A DNA stretch of 64,000 bases from Entomortierella parvispora E1425 (Eukaryota; Fungi; Mortierellomycota): the NCBI GenBank assembly GCA_020891255.1, contig BQFW01000008.1:1426001-1490000 (forward strand), in the 5' to 3' direction. The notes below the pieces were generated by a model. That model saw nothing but the letters and a program-made list of their open reading frames with translations. It ran no database searches and had not been told where the DNA came from. A program made the translations under genes and the position numbers. Numbering within the stretch: position 1 is the stretch's first letter; each line of letters begins with the position of its first letter. Shown one piece after another: positions 1 to 13,341 of the stretch.

Positions 1-1236
1 AGCAGCAGAATAGTATGCAAGCAAACCAGTCCAATGGTATGGGCATGTACGGTGGATTCAGCAATCAGTTGTCGACCCTACCCGTTACGCCACTAACTTT
101 CGCAAGTGAGCACATGGGTAACGAGTTCACAGTGATCAGGTACGAAATGGAAATTGATGCAAAGTAACGCGTATCGATCCTATGTGTGCGACTAGTAGCT
201 AACATTCGATGTATGCCTCTTTTACAAAACCCACAGTGACTTCTTGGAGAGCTTGGGCGGTGACAACAACCAAGGACTGTACCCAGGGGGATCTGGGGTG
301 CCAGTCAACACGACCGAAAAGTTCTTCTTGACTGCGGCAAACCCCAGCGATGGGTCTAACGAGGATCGACTGACCCAAGTGATCAATGCGAAATTTGAGG
401 CTGGGTTCTTGAAGCCCTACAACTACGTCAATGGTTATTCTCGTCTCCAAAAATACATGGATAGCAAGTATGTGCTAAGTTCCCTTTGACGGACAGTTTG
501 GGTCTCACATTTGTCCCACATCCTAACTTATGAACAATACTTTGTTTTCGATATTCAATAGCATGTCCAACATTAGCAGGCAAAGGATATTGAACGTTAT
601 GGGCACATTTCGGCCAGCCTTCAGAACTGTTGCCCAATCCCTGACAGATATCGATCTAGTGCTTGTGGAGGAGGCGTTCGAACGTCTATTGCTAGTAAGT
701 TTCGCCTGCACCTGCTCATGTCGACAATTGCCTTTGGTCCCATAGTGCTCACCAAAAGTGGTTGTAACTTGTTTGAACTTGAATAGGATTATGATCGTGT
801 GTTCAGCTCGATGGGTATCCCCGCCTGTCTTTGGCGCCGAACTGGAGAGATCTACAAGGGCAACAAAGAATTTGCAGCCCTTGTCAACGTTCCACTGGAG
901 ATGCTCCGAGAGGGCCGCCTTTGTATATATGAGTTGATGGCTGAGGAGTCGGCCGTGAACTATTGGGAGGTAAATGAAGTTACAGTGTCCTGAGTTCATG
1001 CCAATATTTCGGCATTTGCCTCGTTCTAATCATTTCTATCATTTTCCTCTCAGAAATACGGGAATATCGCTTTCGATGCTGGTCAAAAGGCTGTGCTTAC
1101 CTCTTGTCTTCTTAAGAACCCAGATCCAGAGAGTCAGAACGTCATGTCATGCTGCTTTTCGTTCACGATTCGGCGCGACCGCTACAACATCCCCACGGTG
1201 ATCGTTGGCAATTTTCTTCCAGTCGCTCTAGGATGA
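1..1236 (+). CDS. RDS2: Gluconeogenesis transcription factor Rds2/AcuM-like, C-terminal part with PAS-like domain; 5' end outside window
   Basis: Spliced exons give KPYNYVNGYSRLQKYM..FRPAFRTVAQSLTDIDLVLVEEAFERLLLDYDRVF..PACLWRRTGEIYKGNKEF..ESAVNYWEKYGNIAFDAGQKAVLTSC..CCFSFTIRRDRYNIP, matching the Rds2 C-terminus as I recall it; TGA at 1234-1236. Confidence 0.9.
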
Positions 1237-1439
1237 TTTGTTTTAGAGATCTTTCCTGAATAAAATAACTATGAAATTCCGTATAATTTACTCGTTAAAA
1301 TTTCATCGATTAAAGAGATGTCGACCCCTTAACTTTATTTAATCGCATAGTGACTTCTTTCCATCAGGGAAAACAAAGGCAAAGTGCGACGTCCGGATGC
1401 ATTACTTCGTCAGACACCTCTCTCCCCACACATCACGCC

Positions 1440-2269
1440 ATGCTGTCTAGCACATCGTCCATTGTCCAGCTCGCTAAGGCTCCTTTCAAACGTGCCCAGC
1501 GTGGTCTCTTTGGAGGTAAACATGGGTGAAATTGGCCATCTCACTGCCCCACTTTCCTCACATCTTAGCCTGATCACCCGATTTTCAGGAACCAGGACTA
1601 GAGCATCGCAACCAATGTCGGGATCACCTTACACCTTTGGAGAGACGATAGGCGCATAGAGCCTTTCTTCCGACCGGCGCTCTCCCATCCTCACTTCCTT
1701 CTCCTCCAAAGAAAAAAAAGACGGCGCTTCTAAAGTGTCCAGCACGCATCAGCAAATTGGTCTCTCTATTCAACGGCTCAAAACTCACCATGCACTCTGC
1801 CTTTCTTCTTACCCTATTCTGTGCTCTTGTTCGGACGACTTTTTTTTTTTCAAATCGGATAAAAAAAAACATAGGCAAGCAGATCCAGTTCGGTAACAGC
1901 GTTCCTCACTCCAAGACCAAGACCCGTCGTACTTGGTTGCCCAATGTCCAGACCAAGCGCCTCTTCTCCGAGACCTTGAACGACTGGATCCGTTTGAACA
2001 TGACCACACATGTGATCCGCACCGTGGACAAGAAGGGCGGTTTGGACCGTTACTTGCTCGACACCCGCCCCGAGCTTTTGGGCGAGAAGGGTGTGGAGTT
2101 GAGAGGAAAGATTGTCGAGGTTTTGAGGATCAAACAGGCAAAGAAGGAGTTCTCACGGACAAGCGCACAATCATCAACACTCTCACCAGAAGCATCAGAA
2201 GCCGTCAAGACCGTTAATGCCGCTTCAGAGTCGATCAAGGTCTCATCACCAACCGCCAACATTCTTTAA
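1440..2269 (+). CDS. MRPL24: Mitochondrial large-subunit ribosomal protein bL28m (Mrpl24)
   Basis: Exon 1 MLSSTSSIVQLAKAPFKRAQRGLFG joins over intron 1516-1874 to GKQIQFGNSVPHSKTKTRRTWLPNVQTKRLFSETL, an L28 family signature. Confidence 0.93.
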
Positions 2270-2483
2270 GAATAAGAGAGGATGTCAATATAATTCATTG
2301 GACTGCCCTCAAAACAGGAAACGGCAGACAATACATCAACATAGATTCTACCAATATACAAATTCAGTCCAAAAAAAAAATGCAATCGTCCACAAAGTGA
2401 GGTGAATGAGCATCGTTGCCTTTTGTTTATATGAATTGAGAAGTTGAGAGGGCCAACAGCCGGAAGTCTCCACAGTAGGCATT

Positions 2484-5400
2484 TTACTTGTCGAGGCTGA
2501 AAGCCAAGGTGGGGGGGAACAAAGCTCCCGTCTCATACGAAGTAGGGTAGACCTGAATGGGAACGGAGCAATCAAAGCTTTCTGTCGAGAGAGCCTCAAC
2601 AGCCTGATACTGCGATCGGCGCTCATCAACACTTGTCATTTTAAACCGAGGTTGATTGGCAGGGCCGGTAATGAATTCGACACGAAGATACCATTTCAAT
2701 GTAACTAAAGATAACGAGAGAATAGCAACATATCAGTAAATATGGCAAAGCATCGATTGCAGACTTCTAACAAAGACATTTTTCTTGACTCACGAGTCGA
2801 CGTCTTGAACTCTGGAGTAGCAGTTGGGGGGATACAGAGAGAGAAAGACGTGCGCATGGTATCGATACACGATTCGTGCAGCTCAGCGTGGACACGCTTG
2901 GTGAGCTTGGAGGTTTGTACAGCACTGCGACAAGCATAGCTAGGTTCGATGACCTCAACAGTCTCCAGTGTCACGGAAATTTGATAAGTCGGAATTTCCC
3001 TCGAGGTGAACGAAATAACACCGTGGACAGTTTCCCCCAACTTGAATCGCGTCTTGATGAGAGACAGCTTAGCCACGGGGATATTATTCTTGCAAATATC
3101 GTAGCTCGCTAAGAATAATTAAATATGATGTCAGAAACACTAATCGACAAAAAGCAGCAGTATCAAAAAACACAAGATTATGTACCGGAACTAGCTGATC
3201 GAGAAAGCAGAGCCACCTTTTCCAGGCAGGTTTGAGAATGTACTTCTTCCTCGTCCTTGTAGGCGTCACTTTCACGGCGTGTGAGCTCACGGGTATGAGT
3301 CGGACTAATTTCTTCCTCCGTGGGTCGGATGTTCCGAAGCAATTCATCAACATAGTCCTCAAACTGTCTTCTTGCCAATTCTAAATGGTATTGCCAACGT
3401 TGGCAAGAGAGGGTTATTACCCAGAAACTTTACAAGTGGCTAGTACAAACATTACAAAACTTACTTGGATTATCTATTGTCTTCTCTGAGGTACGGGTTT
3501 GCCCTACCACTCCTGAGATGGCGGTGTCCTTGTGCAAGATGACGGGACTCATGAGATCGTATACGGGCCTGGTGCCTAGCTCCGAGATGTTATTGTAAAG
3601 CCTGAAGGGTAGCTGGACACTTTTGGCCGGGGTATGAACACTGCCGCGTTGGACACCAAGTACTAAGTTGTATGAGAATCTGATGGTTTTGCCTCGATGG
3701 GAAGGAGGCAAATCAGCCGGTAATTCAATTTGATAGGTATCTACATTGAAATAAACAATGTGGGTGGATTAGGTTGACTTGTGATAACCAAGTTCGTTAA
3801 TTGCGGGTTGTAGAGCAATGACATACACGAAGTTGACTCGCCAGGGGCTAGTTGTAAATCCACAAACAGGATGGAGGGCGGAGTCGAGAATACTGGAAAG
3901 AGTCGGTTTGCGTCTATCGACATTGCGAGGGGTGCTTAGTATTGGCAAAAAATAATACAATCGAATTCCTGCAACATTCAGAATGTATCTTACTCGCTCT
4001 GTCTCTCCAATCTGAAGAGTTCACTGTGCCGAGAGTTCCTCCGCCGATCGCCCCTCCTCCTGAGCTACCGGTTGGACGGTACATGGTTTTTGATTTCAAG
4101 GCCTCGAATCCCTGCTGGCGAATAAAGGACCCATCGACCATGAACTGACCAACAATTTGCACAGACCCCCAAAGAAGAGCCTCTTTCTTGGTTCCTTGGT
4201 TGAAAAGATGACGAGGACTCGAGACAGTGGAGTAAGTAGACATCAAGGAGGATCGGCGAGATGGAGTCTCCTGGAAATACTGCTGTTGGAATGGGCCTCT
4301 GATACTTTGCATTGAAGAACGCGTAGAGTAATCCATGGATGGTCGGGGAGTTTGATATTCGCCATCGTCCGCCATAGACTGGGTGTCGGCATTATCGGTG
4401 ACCTGCAGCTCGATCATGCGCTCCTGTAATCCACTCAGACTTCCACCAGTAGCAGTTCGGGAATGGTTTGACTGCTCCGAACCCAACCCCAATCCGATGG
4501 GTGTACCCATCCTGGCAAGTTGTTCAGGATCAATAGTCTCCAGCTGATTTTTCAAATCCTGTTCGCCATGGTCCTGCAGATGTTCCTTTGTCGTTTTTTC
4601 TTCCTCGTTCTCTGGAGACATGACCTTAGTAGGGGGTAATACTGTCAAGGACTGTCTGGATTCAGCTCCGCGATATTCCTGTGGAGGTAATGGGGGTAGC
4701 TTTTTCTCGTCTATTGAATAGTAGGGTGAAATCATTAAGTCGCTTCATCACAGACCGTTAAGGCACCCCTGCAGAGTGACCTTCTATCTGAATATTAATG
4801 ATCTAATCATCGAGGCCTGTCCACAAGTTATATCCTTACCATATTGGCGTGAGGGCTCGGGTTCATTTCCAGAGAGTCCGAAAGCTGAAGCAAGAGACGA
4901 GAAGGAAGCTGAACGATACACGAAGCTCGCCAACCCAAGAAGTCCAGGGGATGACATACCCTGTGGTTCGCTCTGAAGTTGTTCCTGCTGCTCCAACATC
5001 TGCTGTTGTTGGCGCGGTGTGGGAGACGAAGGAGATCCTTGGGCCGCATCCAAGCTATTTTCTGTTGGTGGCGGAGGAACAACTACATTTGTTTGTTCCT
5101 GGTCTTCCTGATCGTCCTGATCTGTTTGTTCAATGTCCTGCACGGTGGGTAAAGGTTTGCCCTGCCCAGCAAGATCTGGCAGATCGCGAGGAATGGCATC
5201 AATATGGCTTATATCAGTGGATACGCGCCCCTGAGAGAACGTTCGGTTGGCATTGGTGCCCGGGCGCTGAGCCCTGTTGCCATTCTCGCCGTGACCGTTT
5301 GGCTGGGACACGGCGTTGACGTTGTGCATCAAAGAGGCTGTGGGGCGCGTTTGCGCTCTAGTATCGGCGTTCATCGGTGAGCTGAATGGAGATGTCAAGG

Positions 5401-5731
5401 TAGAATGGTTTGAAGTTGGAGACGTCGGAGAGAAGGCCGAGGCTCTGTCACGAGCCAGCGCGTTGGAAGGATGTCCAGACAACTGAGAAAGAGGTTGGTG
5501 GACTTGATGTCCATTACCGATGCCATTTCCATTTGTTGGTTGCTGCCCAGGGCCATGGCTATTGCCATTGCCCTCCATCGCCTGCAAATCCTGTAATTGA
5601 CGTGGCAGCAGTAGGCCATTAGGCGCAGACTGAGACGGGGCTGAGTTGGTGAATGTGATGGTACAGTTGAGCTTCTCGCCCGCGAAAAAGACCCCCTCCT
5701 GAGCAAAGGTTGCCCGAACGGTGATGGTCAT
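2484..5731 (-). CDS. RGP1: Rgp1, subunit of the Ric1-Rgp1 GEF for Ypt6/Rab6; multi-exon
   Basis: N-terminus MTITVRATFAQEGVFFAGEKLNCTITFTN; LLWGSVQIVGQF; PVFSTPPSILFVDLQLAPGES; LPFRLY; C-terminal WYLRVEFI..ESFDCSVPIQVYP. The introns I checked are GT-AG. Confidence 0.85.
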
Positions 5732-6058
5732 GTCTGAAGATGGGGAGGAGGGAAGTGAGCAGAGTCGATGAGATGACGGGAGGCTGTTAGCAGGTCATGC
5801 AGTGGATTGGGCCCGGGCACAAGTTATCACCGATGGGAGCGCGAGTGACTTCAAGGAGAGAGGTGATGGGTGCGTGATGAAAATGAGGAAGAGAAAAGCA
5901 GAGGAAGGGAGATGAGAAGCAAGTGCCATTGAGCCCAATGGTGTCCCGCTGCCAGTCGGACGTGCTGTGGCGACGGTGCGCTGGCAGTGGAGCATTGGGA
6001 GATCACGAATAAAGCAATTATTCGAGGTTTTTATTCCAGAAAAGTGCCTAGAAAATCT

Positions 6059-7023
6059 TTACACCAGAAGGTCGTCAAAGGACGCTTCGGCGTCCTCTTC
6101 AGCTTCACGTTTCCGACTTGAATTGCTGTCATAGCCTTCTTTCACTGGCTTACCCTCTTCGTTGGGTCGTTTGGTGTATTCTCGCCCCCCTGACGTTGCA
6201 GATGACGATCTCGATGTCAATCCGTCGTTCCTTGCAGTGCGAGTCCTCGCGTCATCGAGACTTGCAGCGGCAGATTCACCCTTGCTTGTCGCGCTTCTGC
6301 GGTATCTCCTGCTATCTGCGGGATCCTTGTCATCCACTTGCACAACTTCCTTGTGTGACTCTACACGCTTCTGCGGTTTCTTATAGTTCAGTTTATACGA
6401 GCATCCTTTGCAAAGTCGGACTTTGACCAAGGCACTTTTCTTTTTGCCATCCTCCACATAGGCAAAGTTGACTTCCCAACTTTGCAATTCGCTCGATTCA
6501 GTGCAACGCAGGCTAGCGCATGTGAATTGTCCTAGGGCAAATAACAGCAAATGTTAGGCACTCGCCAGATTGCCTTCATAATATTCAAACGTGCGATTAC
6601 AGATATTCTTGTACCTTTGCCTTCAATAACCTCTTTTTCGTGGCGCCAGCGCACCGCAAACCGGCCCTCCTTGTAGAAACGTAGCTCAACCAAGGCATAC
6701 TCTTTGAAAAGTCTGTCGTAATATTTCTTGGCTATTCTCTGTTCCCAAGTGAGCTCCTCGTCTTCTTGATCAGATCGCAGGAATCTATGGTTCTCCTTTA
6801 GAATCTCATTCTCAGTTTTCCCCAGTCGGCTCTGATGTTGTTGAAGGTTCCTGGGGTTGTTGTACGAGGCATAGTGCCTCATATAGCTCTGGTGCCTATC
6901 CCACTGGGAGAAACTGGTCAGCGACTGTGACTTTTGCTGTTCATTAGTTGATGGCGGAATGCTTACTGCGGAAGTGCTTTCCTGAGAGCTGCGCGTCTTC
7001 TTGGTCAAAGGAGCTGACGACAT
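6059..7023 (-). CDS. FRA10AC1: FRA10AC1 homolog (spliceosome-associated), 2 exons
   Basis: LKENHRFLR..TWEQRIAKKYYDRLFKEYAL..RWRHEKEVIEGKG|QFTCASLRC..SWEVNFAYVEDGKKKSALVKVRLCKGCSYKLNY. Confidence 0.92.
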
Positions 7024-7304
7024 TGTAACATTGTCAGATGTGGTTCACACAAAAGAATGTGACCAGCAGAGAATGGAGACTCTTCAAGAAAACAAATGAA
7101 TGCAGAGCAATTTTTTATGGCAAGTCGGCGCTGCCACAAGAAAAAGAAACGGAATTTTTATTCACAAAAAGGGGGGTTGCTTTGCTGTCTTTGCACGATT
7201 CGACGTAGCTTTGAGCCCTTGGTTCTGAAGCTGTCTGCTTATAGGCGGGTCGATCTATTTGATCACTGATTGTCGCTTCGCTCAGTAACACCATGTCCTA
7301 TAGC

Positions 7305-7989
7305 TCAGAACGATCCTCCGACCTGCTCCACCATGACATCGATGGAGTCGCCATCCTCCATCTCAAGCTGTTTCAAAGATAGAACAAGGATACATTAGGA
7401 CGCGTCAAATCATCACACAATGCTCAATATCATCTGCTCAAAGCGTCAATGAATGTCGTGCTTACCTCGTTGGGAGTGTTGGTGGTCTGCACACGCTCTC
7501 CGTCATACAGGAAGCGCACACTGTTCAAGCTCTTTCCTTGACGTTCACAGTAAGCCTCCATCAACTTCTTAAGCTGTGTCGAGCGCTTGATCTTAAAAAA
7601 CACCTCGGATTGGTCCTGGTTTGGAGAAAACAAGACTTGGATTAGTTTCGTTAACTTTCGCTGTACATTTTGCCACCATCCCCTACCCCCAAAATATACG
7701 CCGTCCATGAAACTATCCGCAGTTACTCCTCAGACCCCAAAGCGCTGCACTTTAGCGCACTTTAGGAAAGGTGATCCTGATATTGAGGTATTCCAGAGCA
7801 GTACGAGGGTGCCCGGGTTTGCATTGATTCTCCTCTTGGAGCAGAAAGGTCCATGCTTCTCCATAGCTCATGAGACAAATGTGTCTAATGACTGGTTTCC
7901 ACTTAAAGAAAACTTACAGCTCCAACGACCTTCAAGTTGATGTGCTCAACAGCTCCAGCTTCTGGCTTCTTATCCTCTTGGTCGCCCAT
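7305..7989 (-). CDS. SMT3: SUMO (Smt3) precursor, 3 exons
   Basis: EHINLKVVG|DQSEVFFKIKRSTQLKKLMEAYCERQGK..VRFLYDGERV..TPNE|LEMEDGDSIDVMVEQVGG-SF; di-glycine followed by a 2-aa propeptide. Confidence 0.97.
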
Positions 7990-8249
7990 GATGTGAATTG
8001 TGTGAAAGGTTGTTGAGTGATAGAGAGTTGAATTCTCTGCGCGTGAAGAATAAGTCAATGCTTACGCGATTTAATTTCCGGTGACGTATTTCCGCGCATA
8101 TTGTGGTGCTTCATTCCCTTTGGACGCGCCTTCTGAGGATTGCATGCGATTCCTTTCCACCGCCTTCAGCATCATCAGCATCAGCATCAGTACCTTCTTG
8201 CTGAAAGATCCATCACCGCCCACAGCTCTCACACCAGAACACAGCAGGC

Positions 8250-8965
8250 ATGAGACGGGAAGGAACTATCGACTACTCGGACGAGTACAACCGGTTCATG
8301 GCCCGTTTAGAGGCCTTTCATCAGAAGCACGGGTATGAAACAAATCAAGCCTCTGCTCCACCATTCCGTTTTCAAGGCAACTCCACCTAACCCTCAGCTC
8401 TCTTCCCCTTTGCCTACAGAACTGTCCTCAATCGTGAACCTGTGCTTGGTTCCCAACGACTCGACCTTTTGAAGGTGTACAAACTTGTGACAGCCTACGG
8501 TGGCTGCGAAAAGGTAGGGTGTCGCACAATGCATGGAGACACAGCACACTGATCAGCTGGCGGGAGAGAGTCTAAATTAATTATTCTCAACGTCCCTGCG
8601 TGCAATCGGAACTAGGTGACCTCTGAGCGTGGATGGAAAAGGATCACCCTGCCCTTCAACTTCCCCCCGACCTGCACCAACAGCGCCTATGTGATGAAAA
8701 GTGTCTATGTCAAGAATCTTGAACTGTTTGAGCAAGAAGACTTTTTTGGCAAGGAGGTTCCTGTCAACAAGTTCGAAACCGCAGAGTCGAATATCTCACG
8801 ATCCCGAGAAGGTACTTTCACCGTGCAGCCAACTTCTTGTGTCTCTATATCAAGAATATCAACCTAACTCCTGTTCTCTCCAGCCTCTCAAGCACCGTCG
8901 ACGACTTCAAAGCGTGGACCTTACCTGACAGCCCATATGAAACAGCAGCTTCAGCAACAACAATT

Positions 8966-8998
<33 letters not shown>

Positions 8999-10850
8999 GC
9001 AACAGCAGCAACAGCACCATCAGCATGCTACGCCTCAGCAGCCAATTCAGCAGCACGCGCCGTCGTCCGCACCAGCCCCAACGCCCTCAGGAGCTGCAGC
9101 AGCGTTGCCAGCCAGACCTTCCAACTATCTGGAAGGATATTATATTGATGGAGGACATCACAATCGAATTCTTTTGGCACTTAAATCAGAATTGCCAAAC
9201 GAAATCGACTGGGCTTTCAGCCGACTCATTGCACTCTCATTCGAGTGGAACGAATTCTCTCTGAATATGATTCCAGGACTTTTCAACGAGCTTCTTGCAT
9301 TTGCTCAGCCGTTTTTCGACTGGTGGTCGACACTTGAGCCCAAGGATATCGAGGATCTAGCGGATGAGGACTTGCTTAATATGAGCGATACCCACAACAT
9401 GGAGCGCGTCTTGCAGGTCTTCCACATTCTTCGAAACCTATCATTCCTTGACCACAACACACCAATCTTGACTGAACACCTGGCATACCGGAAAATGCTC
9501 CAGCAAGGGCTCTCATTGCCCTCGTCAACACAGCTGAGCGAACTCAGGATCTATTGTCTGGAGACCCTGGAAAGTCTAAGCGTCCATATCACTTTGCGTT
9601 CAAAATTCGACCTTTATTTGCGGGAACTACACAAACTACTTCAAACAAACGACAAGGCGTTGATTCTTGGTAGTCTCAGAGCCCTGACTCGACTCGCAGC
9701 CAACGAGCATAACGAGAAAATCTTGAGCGATATTGACCCGGAAATCATTGACAGGATATCACAGCTTCTTCTGATTCAGGATGAGGAGCTGATTGGAGCA
9801 ACGTTGGACTATCTGTACCAGTTCTCAAGTTTCCATGGTGATGCCGCTGTTCAAATTGCCAAAAACTTTCCTGGAAATATTGTCTCGGTACTTGTTCGGT
9901 TCTTGTCCTGGGGTAGTCCAAAGTCCTTGCCACCACCCGTTACGACGGACCCTGCACAACAGATTTTGATCGAGCCATACCGAGCACTTCATTGGTATGA
10001 CCCTGTGTCTCGTGGTGTTATGAAGTATTATGAAGTATTGGAGATCGACTGACCTTTTATCTGTTCGATTTATAGGGTTCAGTCCAACTTTGAGAGCAAT
10101 CCACAGTCGTGGATTTATGAATCCGAGCTCTTCAAGCTGTACCAAACAAAGTTTATGGCACATGGCCCCATGTTGCGCTCTGCAGATCTAGTTACTGTAT
10201 CACGCGTAGGATTCCCAAAAATGGAGACTGTATATGTGCAGGAGCAAGAGGGGATCCCTCCAGTTCAAATTATCAAAGGAATCTCCAAGAAGCCATGGAT
10301 TGATTTCAGTGGTGGTATGTTGCAGCTTTCACATTCAAACCTCTTCAGGAATTTTTACTTGGATTCTGAAAACTAACCCACTCAAAAACGTTCCACTCTA
10401 GCAGATGATAGGTTGCTTTGTCGCTGGATTGGTTGTCAGGCAGTCGCCGCGACAGAGGAAGAGCTCTTTAAGCATGCAGTTCAAGAGCATCTCGCTCAAG
10501 GCATGGGACTCTATACCTGTCAATGGCTTAGCTGCCGGCGCTTTACCACACCAACTCATGACCGCCAGCAGGTTATCAAACATCTCAAGACTCACTTCCC
10601 TCTCACACCAACTGTCAAGCCATTTTCAAACCGACCACGATGGTTTGACATGCGTCCAACAGTCCTTGGCACACGGGAACTGGCAGGCATCCCCTTGACT
10701 GCTGTCTTTGTACTCAGGAACCTTTCAAGACAGAAGAGGAACCAAAAGTTGTTTTTGCCATATGAGGAGAGTCTGGCGAGGATTATGGGCGAATTTCCAA
10801 AGATGGCGGTTTTTATTGTCGATATTCTTACCTTTTTGAGAGTGGGATAG
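8250..10850 (+). CDS. RSC9: RSC/PBAF subunit Rsc9/ARID2-like (ARID, ARM-like region, RFX-like winged helix, C2H2 fingers)
   Basis: ARID core LNREPVLGSQRLDLLKVYKLVTAYGG|..GWKRITLPFNFP..SAYVMKSVY; RILLALKSELPNEIDWA; C-terminal LCRWIGC..H and YTCQWLSC..H zinc fingers; polyQ tract. Confidence 0.88.
8940..9014 (+). repeat. CAG/CAA polyglutamine tract in RSC9
   Basis: KQQLQQQQLQ followed by an uninterrupted Q run, then HHQH. Confidence 0.9.
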
Positions 10851-10997
10851 AAAGAACAGGACACACATTATTCTTCAGCTAATGTTTAGTTTGGTTAGTC
10901 TACATAAAAATCTTACACTTGCATATCGTATGTCAATGGCTCATGGTCGAGCGTTTATTATCAAATGCATGGGATGAAAAGAAGATGAGATGGGAGT

Positions 10998-13052
10998 TTA
11001 GAGCTTTGCAGCTGGGGAAGCTGGGGTAGCTGGGGTAGCTGGGGGCTGTTGAGGCTCAAATCCGATAGGAGTGGGTGATCCACGAGGGGTCATGGCCATC
11101 ACCCGATATACGTTACCCATCTCCTTGGGGTCTACAAGTCGATGGTACGAGCTAATGAGAATCTCGCGTCTTGCTGCATTAGCCTTAGCCAAGAGCATGT
11201 CCAATCGAGCACCAATCCCAAGAGAGTGAAGAAGGTGGGCTTGGGTGATAGACCCATGGCAATCAACTATGAAAAATAAAAGTAATAGACTGAGTTTAGT
11301 ACTACGTCGCGTCGACAGGGTGTTTTTTTTTTTTTTTTTTTTCTTACCTAGCTCCTCCGTGGCCTGCTTCAAATACTCAAAGTCGACGTCGGCACTCAGA
11401 TCAACCTTGCCGGGCTCAGTGAGAACATGCGTGAACTTGTGCTTGTGAATACCCTACAAATTTCCATGTAAGTGTTGATGCCGACACTCGAAAGATATAA
11501 AAAAAAAAAAATAATAGCCTGATAAAGCTCTTACACGCAACGTATCTCCTTGAATATAATCCTTTCCATAGTCGACAATCAGGGCAGACCCTCCATTGGC
11601 ATTCATATGCTTGGCCATTTCATGGGCAACCCGGAACGAATCGGGCGAGATTTCAATTCTCTCACCGGGTTTGAAATGGTCATAGGCTGGATGTTCGGCA
11701 AAGGCTCTCGAAGCCTGAGTAGGTCCAGGGGCGAGAACGAATCGGAAGTGGTAAGGGCTAGCAGCATCCTCTTCCAGATCCACAACCAACTCTCGCCAGC
11801 CCTCTTCTGTCCTCTCAAACTTATAGATTGGAAGCGCGTCAAAGAACTCGTGTGCTACGATCAACGAACATTGGGCTGAAAAAAAAAAAGGAGGGCCGGC
11901 TTTGTTAGTTGCAAGGACAGTACTCTGTCAATTGATACTAACCCTTGAGTTTACCAGGCAGGTCATCAAAGACATCGTGCCACGAGATCTGAAGACCATC
12001 TGGGCGGACCGCAGAGGTAATTCCTTCTTTGCTTCCACCACCGATTTGTTCCTCCGAGATGGGGATTCCGCAGAGTCTCTCTCTTTGAACTTTTCTAAGT
12101 CCTGGACTGGCTTCAATTAGATGGACGCCAGAGATAGCTTTTCTGAACTCTTTAAATCTGGACGCTGCCTATCATTAGCAAGTTAAAGAGTAGATGCAAA
12201 TGTTAGACCTATTTGCAAGCCTTTGTATGATCTGAGTATTGTCGTGATGTGCCTTGAAAACAAGTAGTGCATTTTACCCGCAGCATGTCCATCATCAAGG
12301 TTCCTCGTCCGGGACCTAGCTCTACAATTTGAACACTGGACGGCTTTCCAAGGCTCTGCCACTGAACAAGGAACCAAATGCCCAGTAACTAGACGGTAGT
12401 ACAGATTGATTTTAGCATTGCCCGTTTACTCCATGTTTGCATAGCATCTTCGAATCAAGTCTCTTTACCTCTCCAAACATTTGACTGATCTCGGGCGAAG
12501 TAATGAAGTCACCCTGTGTACCAAAAACATCTCCTTTCATGTAGTAACCGCTGAGAGGGTTAACCAGAACTTGACGCATGAAATGAGCGACCGACATTGG
12601 ACCTTGGATCTGCGAGATAAACAGAAATGCGATTAACACATGTAGAATTTCGCGTCGCCAGGTATCCTGGATGGATGTTTCAAGCACGAGGCCTCCTCAA
12701 GGGAAGTCTGAGGTACCTTGATCGAATCCCTAATATGCTTGGCCAGAGGAGTCAACTCCTCCTTGGGTGGGTGGATGGTCTTTGGTTCCGTAGAAGTGCC
12801 TTCAGCCTCTGCATTCTCTGTATCGCTTGCGGTGGTTGAAGATGACAATGGCGATGAGGGTGTCTTCGTAGACTCCTTTGTGTCCTCATTGGCGTTCTTC
12901 TTGACTTGAGCAGAAGGACCTGAGGGGGGCTGGGTTGAGTATTGCGCGAAGCGAATGGCCATGACCGAAGCCGGTCTGGGCCCGAGGCGCATGGTGGAGC
13001 CCTTAGCGGCAACCAGCATGGCGCGTGTTACGGTCCTGGACTGCCACAGCAT
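10998..13052 (-). CDS. NDUFAF7: Mitochondrial protein arginine methyltransferase NDUFAF7/MidA
   Basis: Arg/Ala-rich presequence; [31 protein letters not shown]; [12 protein letters not shown]; [11 protein letters not shown]; ALIVDYG; [14 protein letters not shown]. Confidence 0.95.
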
Positions 13053-13341
13053 GAGTTAGTGATGAAGCTAGAAGGACGGGAAGAGCAAAGGAGACGAAGG
13101 GGTGTGGCATGCACTGCATTCATACACGAACAGATCTGATCGGCTCTGGAGTCTGGAGATCTTGTCGCAGTCACAGGTCTGCGACATGGACCAAAAGTCC
13201 AGAATGGCATGGGCTCCATCATTCTCTCATCCCTTGCTTGTTCTCAGTCCATCTCTCTTTCTATTCTGACTCCCCCCCTCCTCCCATTCACTCGCCGTCT
13301 GTCCCTGTCCTCACTGCATCGCACACCCATTCGCGACCCAG

